Shown here: positions 28,569 through 37,700 of the stretch, piece after piece | Numbering within the stretch: position 1 is the stretch's first letter | Layout of the letters: the number at the start of each line of letters is the position of its first letter | Source: a virus | Lineage: Duplodnaviria; Caudoviricetes | DNA length: 64,000 bases | Strand: one strand, 5' to 3' | Virus record (IMG/VR): IMGVR_UViG_3300029305_002894 | Span: 2,559 to 66,558 of that record | The notes under the pieces: model-generated | The model's input: only the letters and a program-made list of their open reading frames with translations | What the model was told of the DNA's origin: nothing | Databases searched by the model: none | Program-made: the position numbers and the translations under genes

Positions 28569-29771
28569 ATGTCAAATTATAATACAACTTTACAAACAAA
28601 CAATTCCTCTTTAGAGGAAATTATAACACAATTAAATAATATGCCCGATGCAGGGGGCTCAAACCCTGTTCTTCAAGATAAAACTATAACGCCTAGCACA
28701 ACATCTCAAACCGTTAAGGCAGATAGTGGATACGACGGCTTAGATACCGTTATAGTTAATGCTATGCCTACAGCAACACAAGCGACACCGAGTATTACTA
28801 TTAATTCGAATGGACTTATTACGGCAACAGCAACTCAAACGGCTGGTTATGTAACTGCTGGAAGCAAATCTGCTACAAAACAACTAGCGTTCCAAGCCGC
28901 AAAAACAATAACTCCTGGCACAACCAATCAGATTGCGGTTTCTTCTGGTTATTATACTGGCGGAAGCATTACTGTTAAAGGTGATGCAAACTTGGTTGCT
29001 AGTAATATAGTTAGTGGCAAAAGTATATTTGGGGTTGTTGGTACCGCAACTGTTGGTGGCGGAAGTAGTGGTGGAAATACATCTGTGGAAGATGCTATAA
29101 TTACAGGCGCTATTTCTTCTACTTATATCAATGATAGGGTTACATCTATTAAACCGTATACTTTTTATTCTTGTTCAAGTTTAACATCGGTAAGTTTTCC
29201 AGCTTGTATAACCATTGGTAGTTCTGCTTTTTATAAATGTAACAAATTAACATCAGTAAGTTTTTCAGCTTGTAAAAGTATTGGTAGTTGTGCTTTTTAT
29301 TCTTGCACAAGTTTAACATCGGCAATTTTTCCAGCTTGTACAAACATTGGTAGTTCTGCTTTTTGTGATTGTTCAAGTTTAACATCGGCAATTTTTCCAG
29401 CTTGTACAAACATTGGTAGTCAGGCTTTTCATAATTGTAAAAAATTAACATCAGTAAGTTTTTCAGCTTGTAAAAGTATTGGTAGTTGGGCTTTTTATTC
29501 TTGCACAAGTTTAACATCGGCAATTTTTCCAGCTTGTACTTATATTAGGGGTAGTGTTTTTTATGGTTGTTCAAAATTAACTTCGTTGCAATTAGGGGCT
29601 TCTTCGGTGGCAACTTTGAATCATGTAAATGCGTTTTATTCAACCCCAATGTCATTGTCAAGTTATACAGGTTCATTTGGCTCTATTTACGTACCGGCAT
29701 CACTTGTAAACGCCTATAAATCCGCAACAAACTGGGCAACTTATTCTTCTAGAATAACTGCAATAGTATAA
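28569..29771 (+). CDS. Fibre-stalk plus BspA-type leucine-rich-repeat protein
   Basis: Thr-rich stalk then about seven 22-aa xAFxxCxxLTSxxFxACxxIGS repeats. Confidence 0.8.
   Translation: MSNYNTTLQTNNSSLEEIITQLNNMPDAGGSNPVLQDKTITPSTTSQTVKADSGYDGLDTVIVNAMPTATQATPSITINSNGLITATATQTAGYVTAGSKSATKQLAFQAAKTITPGTTNQIAVSSGYYTGGSITVKGDANLVASNIVSGKSIFGVVGTATVGGGSSGGNTSVEDAIITGAISSTYINDRVTSIKPYTFYSCSSLTSVSFPACITIGSSAFYKCNKLTSVSFSACKSIGSCAFYSCTSLTSAIFPACTNIGSSAFCDCSSLTSAIFPACTNIGSQAFHNCKKLTSVSFSACKSIGSWAFYSCTSLTSAIFPACTYIRGSVFYGCSKLTSLQLGASSVATLNHVNAFYSTPMSLSSYTGSFGSIYVPASLVNAYKSATNWATYSSRITAIV
29160..29580 (+). repeat. Tandem 66-bp coding repeat (LRR units)
   Basis: Units start at 29160, 29226, 29292, 29358, 29424, 29490 and 29556; 29244-29341 matches 29442-29539 with one mismatch. 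Confidence 0.9.
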
Positions 29772-29806
29772 ATAACTTAAAAGGATATAAAAGGAGAAAA
29801 AAGAAT

Positions 29807-30787
29807 ATGAAATTGCAAATTTTAATTCCGCAATACAAAGAAACAGAGGAAATCATTAAACCTCTTTTAGATAGTATCGAAATTCAGCAAAACATTGATT
29901 TAAAAAATGATGTAGGAGTAGTTATAGTAAATGACGGTACAGATGTTCGTTTGTCTAAAGATTTTTTAGACCGCTATACTTATCACATTGACTATTATCT
30001 CAACGAACACAAGGGTGTTTCGGCAACGCGCAACGCATGTTTTGACCACGCGACCGCAGATTACGTAATGTTCTGCGACGCAGATGATATGTTCTACAAC
30101 GCTTGCGGATTATACATTGTTTTCCGTGAAATTGAAAACGGTGGCTTTGATAGTTTGGTTTCTGCATTTATAGAAGAATCAAGAATGCCCGAAACTAAAG
30201 AACCTCTCTATATTAATCACGATATGGATAGCACCTTTGTTCATGGCAAAGTTCATCGCAGACAATATCTCATTGATAATAATATTCGTTGGAATGACAA
30301 ATTAACTATTCACGAAGACAGTTATTTTAATTGTTTGTGCCAAAGGTTGGCGAAAGAATTAAAATATTCTCAAACTTCTTTTTATTTGTGGAAATGGAGG
30401 GACGCCTCTGTATGTAGACACGACCCTAAATATATCTTAAAAACCTACAATAATATGCTTGATAGCAATGATGCACTAGTACAACAATTCTTAAATCGTA
30501 AAAGACAAGAAGACGCTCAGTTTTACGTGGTAGGTATGATTTATGATGCATATTTCACTATGAACAAAGATGAATGGTTAAGTCAAGAAAACCAAGATTA
30601 CAGAAGGGCAACAGAAAAAAGATTTAAGGAATACTGGTTGAAATATAAGCAAATACACGATTCTATTCCTCAAGACATAAAGACGCAAATTATTATGGGC
30701 ATTAAAAATAGAATGTATGGCGAAGGAATGGTACTTGAAACGCTAACATTCAATGAGTGGATTAAACAAGTGGAGGCGATAAAATGA
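29807..30787 (+). CDS. Glycosyltransferase family 2 (GT-A fold)
   Basis: ILIPQYKE, VNDGTD, GVSATRNAC, FCDADD (DxD) and IHEDSYF motifs. Confidence 0.85.
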   Translation: MKLQILIPQYKETEEIIKPLLDSIEIQQNIDLKNDVGVVIVNDGTDVRLSKDFLDRYTYHIDYYLNEHKGVSATRNACFDHATADYVMFCDADDMFYNACGLYIVFREIENGGFDSLVSAFIEESRMPETKEPLYINHDMDSTFVHGKVHRRQYLIDNNIRWNDKLTIHEDSYFNCLCQRLAKELKYSQTSFYLWKWRDASVCRHDPKYILKTYNNMLDSNDALVQQFLNRKRQEDAQFYVVGMIYDAYFTMNKDEWLSQENQDYRRATEKRFKEYWLKYKQIHDSIPQDIKTQIIMGIKNRMYGEGMVLETLTFNEWIKQVEAIK

Positions 30788-30972
30788 TAAAAACTGAATT
30801 ATTAAATGATGGAACATTAATTAAACATTATAGCGATGGGGGCTATTTACTCTTGCAAAACGAAACTGGGGTAAAATACGCAGACCCCATAGATGTTGTT
30901 CCTTGTGCGTATACTTATACGGAAACGAATGAGCCAATTGATTTTGGTGAAGAAGAAAATATTAACGAATAA
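30784..30972 (+). CDS. Small hypothetical protein coupled to the glycosyltransferase
   Basis: 62 aa, 4-nt ATGA overlap with the GT2 stop, RBS GGAGG. Confidence 0.6.
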   Translation: MIKTELLNDGTLIKHYSDGGYLLLQNETGVKYADPIDVVPCAYTYTETNEPIDFGEEENINE

Positions 30973-31007
30973 TATTTCTACAATTAAGGAAGTATTGATT
31001 GATTTTG

Positions 31008-31036
31008 AGAGGTGGTATGCAAAAGCCACCTCTTAT
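31008..31036 (+). terminator. Hairpin terminator
   Basis: AGAGGTGGT-N8-GCCACCTCT stem-loop after the LRR-GT2-small gene block. Confidence 0.6.
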
Positions 31037-31091
31037 TAACATGTCCTTTTAAAGGGGCATAATTATAAACTTTGAAAGGAGGATAAATAAA

Positions 31092-31589
31092 ATGGCTAAT
31101 AGATATATATTTCAACTCCGCAGAGGTTGGAAAGATGATGCCTCCGGAAGAGATGACTGGTCAACATATGAAACTCAAGAAAATCACGTAAAACCCCTTG
31201 AGGGGGAACTTGTACTTGAATACGATAATGGTGTTCCAAGGCTGAAAATTGGTGACGGCATTAATGAATTTAGTGCTTTACCATATATGAGTGTAGATAG
31301 TTTTATTTTGCCGACACCTATCTCTGTTACACTTCACGCAGACAAGTGGCAACAGGCTGACGACAAAAGGTATTATCAAGTAGTAACAGTAGATAACGCA
31401 CTAATTACACCGAATAGTAAAGTGGATTTACAGCCAAGTTCGGAGCAACTGACTATTTTTCACGAAAAAGATTTGGCATTTGTTACAGAAAATGAAGACG
31501 GAGTTGTTTCTGTTTTTTGTGTAGGTCAAGTGCCACAAAATGATTATACAATACAAGCTACGGTTATGGAGGTGGTTATAAATGACTAA
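31092..31589 (+). CDS. Fibre protein with hyaluronidase/Mtd-type N-terminal anchor motif
   Basis: FQLRRG...LEGELVLEYD...LKIGDG..FSALPY motif. Confidence 0.6.
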   Translation: MANRYIFQLRRGWKDDASGRDDWSTYETQENHVKPLEGELVLEYDNGVPRLKIGDGINEFSALPYMSVDSFILPTPISVTLHADKWQQADDKRYYQVVTVDNALITPNSKVDLQPSSEQLTIFHEKDLAFVTENEDGVVSVFCVGQVPQNDYTIQATVMEVVIND

Positions 31590-32958
31590 AATTATAGGAA
31601 ACACAACCGCTACGCCTAACCCACAACCAGATTGGAATCAAACAGACGAAACTAAAGCTGATTATATAAAAAACAAACCCACCATCGAAAGTGGCGAAGG
31701 GGAAGGATCCTTAATTCAGGTTTCTAAAGAAGAGGATTATTTGAATCCAGATGGATCTTGGAATCCTGACAAAGCTTTTGATTCCGATGGCAATTTAAAA
31801 CCAGATGCATATAGAAATGGTAAAGCTACCGCTCCAAGAGCTATTGCTTTAGGTGCCAATTGCTCTGCAGAAGGTAAGAACGCGATTGCTTTTGGTGGCG
31901 CTACTAGCGCAATTGGACACACTTCAATATCTGGTGGTAATCAATCTAAAGCTTATGGTAAATATGGAGTAGCCATTGGTGAAGGCACTGCAGCAGGTAA
32001 AGAAGGAAGTAGTTCTGATGGATATGCTGCTGTTGCTCTTGGTTCAGGTACTAATGCTATAGGTAAATTCTCTATGGCAATCAACAAAAACAGCGTAGCA
32101 AATGGGCAATCATCTCTTGCTGGAGGCGAGGGTACTATAGTTGACGGCAAGTATTCTTTTGGTTTTGGCTATAAAAATACAAGTTCTGGAGACTATTCAT
32201 ACGTATTTGGCAATCAAAATATTGTAGATGGTAAAACAAGTATTATAGGTGGTCAAGCTAATACAGTATCAGGTGCAGGTAATCTTATAGCAGGTCATGG
32301 AAATAATGTTATAACCTATTACTCGTTAATTACAGGTGAAAATAACTTTAGTCAAGCAAATCAATATTATTCATTAGTCCAAGGTACCAAGAATATTATA
32401 GATGATACTAATGGTCATTACAAAACTGTTTTAGGCACGAACAATACATTTAAAACAAAATCTTATCCAATAAGTAGCGGTGGTACAATGATTCGAGGTG
32501 GCTACCATCAGTTTGCAAAAGGTGCTAACTTAACTCTTATTAGTGACCATCAAATCGTATTTGGTAATACCAACCAAGAAGATGCAAGTAAGATGTTTAT
32601 ACTTGCAAACGGAACTACGGAAAGAGATTCAGATAATAATATAATTAGCCAATCTCCAAATAATATTTTTACAATAGATTACGAAGGTAATGTTGAAACT
32701 TTAGGCACTATTAAAGCTTATGGAACACCTGTTGATGATAATGATGTTATAAGATTGAAAGAGTTGGACGACGCTATTTCCTTAATCGTTGGTCCAGACG
32801 CAGACGAAGCATTAGATACAATAAAGGAAATTCAAGAATTGCTCGAAGGCGATACAACTGGTGCAGCTGGATTGATTGAACAAGTTAATAACAATGCTAT
32901 GGCAATCAACAATGTAGCAACCACTGAAGACATAGATGCTTTATTTGCAACTGCTTAA
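31582..32958 (+). CDS. Fibre protein with YadA-head-like (Hep/Hag) beta-roll repeats
   Basis: About 14-aa AIALG.N..A.G..AIA.G repeats; N-terminal QPDWNQTDETKADYIKNKP motif. Confidence 0.65.
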   Translation: MTKIIGNTTATPNPQPDWNQTDETKADYIKNKPTIESGEGEGSLIQVSKEEDYLNPDGSWNPDKAFDSDGNLKPDAYRNGKATAPRAIALGANCSAEGKNAIAFGGATSAIGHTSISGGNQSKAYGKYGVAIGEGTAAGKEGSSSDGYAAVALGSGTNAIGKFSMAINKNSVANGQSSLAGGEGTIVDGKYSFGFGYKNTSSGDYSYVFGNQNIVDGKTSIIGGQANTVSGAGNLIAGHGNNVITYYSLITGENNFSQANQYYSLVQGTKNIIDDTNGHYKTVLGTNNTFKTKSYPISSGGTMIRGGYHQFAKGANLTLISDHQIVFGNTNQEDASKMFILANGTTERDSDNNIISQSPNNIFTIDYEGNVETLGTIKAYGTPVDDNDVIRLKELDDAISLIVGPDADEALDTIKEIQELLEGDTTGAAGLIEQVNNNAMAINNVATTEDIDALFATA

Positions 32959-32971
32959 GGAGGGTTAAAAG

Positions 32972-33838
32972 ATGAGTGAAGAAAATAAAAAGTTAATAGA
33001 CCTTGAAGGTCTTAAACACTACAACGATAAATTAAAAGAAAAATTTTATGAGAAAGGTGAAAATATCTCGATACGTCAAGAAGATGGTTATAATGCTATT
33101 TCAATCGCAGATGGGTATTATCCTGATGGCACGGCGAAAAGTTTTGCAGAAATGTCTGGTAGCGGTCAGCTCTACTTACAGCATGATTCCGACCCTCATA
33201 TTGAGCTAACTACTGATATACGCACCGAACGTGAAATGGGAGCAAAGCAAACAATAATTAGACCCGACAAAATTGAGATGCTTAAAATTTCAGATGCTGA
33301 AACTTATTTTAACACATTTCATTTTCCGCCCATAGACAAAGAGTCCGAAACTGGTGAATTTACTTTAGCAACAGAAAAGTATGTTGATGATAAATTTACC
33401 AAAGAAGATGGCACGATTGCTGACATCTTGAAAAAGATTGTGGGTAACGCCTTATTCCCCGAAGGGTTTGTTTATATATCAATGTCACCAACTTCACCAA
33501 AAACATTATACGGTGGAGAGTGGGAAGAACTAGCAAGTGAAAGAACACTATGGATAACTTCAACTACGAATGAAAATAAAATTGCGGGGGATATAGAAGA
33601 AGCAGGGTTGCCTGACCCACAAACAGTTTTTAATGTGCGTTCGGGTAAAGTTAGTATGACAACGGATTATGGCAATCAAGGCGATAGAATTGTTACACAA
33701 GCCGAAGCAACTAATGTAGAAGCAATACCATCACAATTTAACGTAAGAGCAACTAATGAAATTTACGGCAACAGCGACACCGTACAACCACCTGCCATAA
33801 GAGTTTACGCTTGGAAAAGAACTGCTTTGGCAGAATAA
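32972..33838 (+). CDS. Fibre/baseplate protein with T4 gp10/gp12-like C-terminal domain
   Basis: FPEGFVYISMSPTSPKTLYGGEWEEL ... TVQPPAIRVYAWKRTA motifs. Confidence 0.6.
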   Translation: MSEENKKLIDLEGLKHYNDKLKEKFYEKGENISIRQEDGYNAISIADGYYPDGTAKSFAEMSGSGQLYLQHDSDPHIELTTDIRTEREMGAKQTIIRPDKIEMLKISDAETYFNTFHFPPIDKESETGEFTLATEKYVDDKFTKEDGTIADILKKIVGNALFPEGFVYISMSPTSPKTLYGGEWEELASERTLWITSTTNENKIAGDIEEAGLPDPQTVFNVRSGKVSMTTDYGNQGDRIVTQAEATNVEAIPSQFNVRATNEIYGNSDTVQPPAIRVYAWKRTALAE

Positions 33839-33871
33839 ATTAAAAAATAAATTTTTAAGGAGATATAAACA

Positions 33872-34219
33872 ATGGGATTAAAAACAACTAATTACAAAAA
33901 CAAACCAACTGGGTATAATTATCCCGAAGCTTACGCAGTATTTAACGGTTCGATTAGAAAAGTCGGCGATAATTTTGAAGTAGGCTTTAACATCAACGGA
34001 ACAAGAGAACTTGCTCTCAACAATGCGCCTATTGCTGTTGTAAAAGTTCAAGTTCCTGTTAAGAGTTGGGATAGGAAAGAAGATTTAATTGCTCTTGCTT
34101 ATAGAACTGGAAAAGGAACAAGAATTATTCCTGATTATGATAATATTGAAAATCCAAATGCAACTAAAGAAGTGCCTAATGTATTCTATGGTTGGGATGA
34201 TGATATTGTAGAAGAATAA
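33872..34219 (+). CDS. Hypothetical protein (possible fibre chaperone)
   Basis: 115 aa with RBS AAGGAG, directly after a fibre gene. Confidence 0.5.
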   Translation: MGLKTTNYKNKPTGYNYPEAYAVFNGSIRKVGDNFEVGFNINGTRELALNNAPIAVVKVQVPVKSWDRKEDLIALAYRTGKGTRIIPDYDNIENPNATKEVPNVFYGWDDDIVEE

Positions 34220-34329
34220 TTAATATAATGGTTTGCCTCGCTAACAATAACGGGGCAAACCTATAACTTTGAAAACAACGGGACAACCCGATTATATATA
34301 AAAAATAACATAAAGGAGGATACAAAATT

Positions 34330-34725
34330 ATGATTAGAGGTACAACTGCACAATTTAAATTTAAGTTGCCGTATGCAAAAACAGATATTATGCTTGCAAC
34401 GATAAGATTTTGGCAACCCAATAACCCAAATGGCAATTTGCCAATTATTAGATCATTAGACCAAGAAAAATTAAATGATTGCTTTGTTTCTGATGATTCA
34501 AAAGAGTTGTGTATTTCTTTGACTTCAGAAGAAACTATGAGGTTTTCCGATAAATATAAGGCAAGGGTTCAACTTAGGGCACAACACACAGACGGCACAA
34601 CTTTTGGTAGTCGTCCACAAATTATTACGGTGTATCCTATGCCAGATGACATAATAGAACCTACATTGCCTAATGCAAATGAAGAGGGATGGATTATTTT
34701 GGATGGCGAAACCGTTTCTCCTTAA
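34330..34725 (+). CDS. BppU-like small beta protein
   Basis: MIRGTTAQFKFKLP...LTSEETMRF...ARVQLRA motif; RBS GGAGG. Confidence 0.5.
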   Translation: MIRGTTAQFKFKLPYAKTDIMLATIRFWQPNNPNGNLPIIRSLDQEKLNDCFVSDDSKELCISLTSEETMRFSDKYKARVQLRAQHTDGTTFGSRPQIITVYPMPDDIIEPTLPNANEEGWIILDGETVSP

Positions 34726-34741
34726 TAGGTGGTGAAGACAA

Positions 34742-37700
34742 ATGAATGAAGAATTAATTAAAATAGTAACAGAAGACAATTTTGACGTAGAAACCGCAGA
34801 AGTCGTTGAAAGCGAAGTTCATCTTGAGGATTTCGAGCAAAGTGTTGACGTAGAAGAAACGGTTGAGACGGTTGAAGTTGAAACTGTCGAAGAAATAGAA
34901 ATTGAAGTTGAAGAAGCTGTTGGTTGGGTTGGCGGCAATAGTACAAGGCACTACAATTTATCTGGTAGAGACGAAGTAGATCAACACCCAATTACAGCAA
35001 TTACGGGATTGAGAGCAGAACTTAATCAAATCGAAGCCCTTCAAACCGTTTGTTCAGACAAGAAACAGCAAGCAGATTATTATTTATGGGGTGAAACAGA
35101 AGATATTGGGCCAGGTTATTTTGTAAGGCTTGGCAAAGACGGAAAGATATACAAATGCACAAACGAAACAATTGATGGTGAACAAGTAATAAAAACTTAT
35201 CGTACAATAGACATACTAGGTGTTACCGTGAGCGAAGCAGGATTTGTTGGTAATGACAAAAAGATCACTGGAACATGTACGAGTGCAAAAGCCACTAATA
35301 TTAATTATGCCTTGGTAACCACTACAGGTGTTGTTGATGTATTGTGCGGTCATGATGTTATTGTAGGAGATTATGTCTTCCCTACAGTTGGTGGACGAGC
35401 AACAAAATCAACTGGTTCGTATGGTTATTTGGTTACAGCACTTGTGCAAAATGGTGCAATAGTGCAAGAGATAAATAATGACGAAGTTTTATATGCGAGA
35501 ATTGTTTTACAACAAAGTATAACTAATGCAAAAAACATTTCCGACAATGTTGATTATTTATTAAAAGAAGCAAAAAGACTCAATGAGAATATTACCACAT
35601 ATGGTAATACGGCTGAAACAGCATTAAAACATGCTGAAGAATTAGTTGAGGCTGCAAAAAATTCTGCTAACGAAGCCAATAGTAACGCACAAAATGCAGT
35701 TGATGCTGCGGTTGGCGTACAAGACGCTGTAAAAAATATAACTACTTCAAATAATAATACAAGTGAGATTGCGCAACAGGCATCAAAGGATGCAGAAAAA
35801 GCAATCGAAACAGCTAATAGTATTAAATCGGCCGCAATCGAAGAAGCTAATAAAACGGCGGTAGAAGTGGCACAAGAAAATATAGAGCTTATTAAAGCTT
35901 TAGAGTTGAGATTGGATGAATATACTGTTGGCAAATATTCACAAGCTTATGGATTAACTTATAAACAAGCGAAGGCAATTTTGCCTATTGGAATAACATT
36001 TATTCCTATAGATGAAAATCCTGCGGCAACTGGTGCTAAAACAGAATACGAAGAAGTTTACGCTAGTGACGAAGGTGCCGATATTAAACAAACATTTACT
36101 GTTGGCTACTCATACGTATGGGGTAGTGAAGGCTGGCTACTAGAAAACCATGTTCCAAACGTTTCGTTTAATAGAAACATGGTAGAACGCATAGATGGTT
36201 ATTATTGGTTGGTGCCTGAGAATTACAATGATACCGAATATAAACGTGGTACGCTTTATCGTTGGGAAAATGGCAAATGGACTGAAAAAGCAGTGCGTGT
36301 AGAAAATACAATGAGCCGCACTATAGCTCACTTATATCACGAAGATGACACAATTAGACAGTCGGTTAGCACGGTAGATGGTAGGGTGGCTGCGGTTGAA
36401 ACAAAGGTTACCGAAACGGACGCACGTGTTGGACTTGTTGCATCAGTGCCGACAGAGTTGGTTGGTGTTAAACCAGGCAATTACAATAATGAAACTGAAA
36501 AACTCAATATTATATTAAAAGGTGCGACTGACGAAGAAACATTAACTATATTAAAAGCTGATTGGACAGAACATGCAATATCAAAAGGCAATGGCGTACA
36601 TCACTATGTTGTAGGCAAACAATTGCCTTATGATGTTTATACATGTGTGGTTGAAAGTAGAGTTGCAACTTTTACAAAATCTAATATTATTACTTACGAT
36701 GGTGTTAATTTTTACAAGATTAATATTGCAAGTATTATCACTTCTGCAAATGAAGATGGTAGCGACATTCAATTAAATGCAAATAAAATTCAATTTAATG
36801 GACAAGGTATTTTCCAAGATAAAAACGGTAATATTACGCAAATTGATGGTAATTATATTACAACCGGCAAAATAAAAGCAAGTGTAATGGAAGCATCTGA
36901 AATTATAGGTGCTATAAACGAGAGTAATGATACATCATTAAAAATTAATGCAGACCACATAGTACTAGATGGTGCCGATATAAGTTTGGCTGGTAAAAAT
37001 ATAAACTTAACCAGTGACAATATTACGATTAGTTCTACTAACTTTAGTGTTGATTCAAGTGGTAATGTTACTGCAAAATCCGGTACTATTGGTCAATGTG
37101 AGCTAAAAGATGGTCAACTTACAGCAACTCATCTTTCTTCAATTAGCGCAAATCTCGGAGAAGTAACTGCGGGCGTAATACAAAGTCCTGACTATATAGA
37201 TGGTGACGCTATTGTTATATGGGAAACCCCAGAAACAGAAGAGGTTGATAATCCTCCAGTTAGCGTGATGTCTGAGGAAGAAAATGTCGTTGAAGAAGAA
37301 ATTGTTCAAGAAGATGAAAATGTGGTTTCCGAAGAAGAGTATCCCGTTAGCCTTACATCTGAACTAGACGATGGAGAGATTAGCATCGTTTCAGAAGAGG
37401 TTGAGAAAACTCCGTCTATTGGGTTGGTGTATAGTTTTGATGGAACTAGTTACTCTGTAACTGGTGTCGGAACTTGTACGGATACTGACATTGTTATACC
37501 AAGTGTTTATGACGATGGGGTTAATGGTGAACATAGCGTAACAAGTATAGGTTCTTCTGCGTTCTATGGCTGTAGTTCATTAACAAGTATAGAAATACCA
37601 AATAGCGTAACAAGTATAGGTTTTGATGCATTTGAATATTGTAGTTCATTAGAAAACGTGATAATTCCTAACAGTGTTACCTATATAGGTATAGGAGCAT

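Noticed and set aside
29149-29523. Minus-strand 124-aa repetitive ORF
   Set aside because: Antisense shadow of the LRR repeat.
29160-29580. Diversity-generating retroelement or CRISPR array
   Set aside because: No reverse transcriptase or non-coding template repeat in the window, differences are not adenine-specific, and units are in-frame coding repeats with no spacers or cas genes. A remote DGR cannot be excluded.
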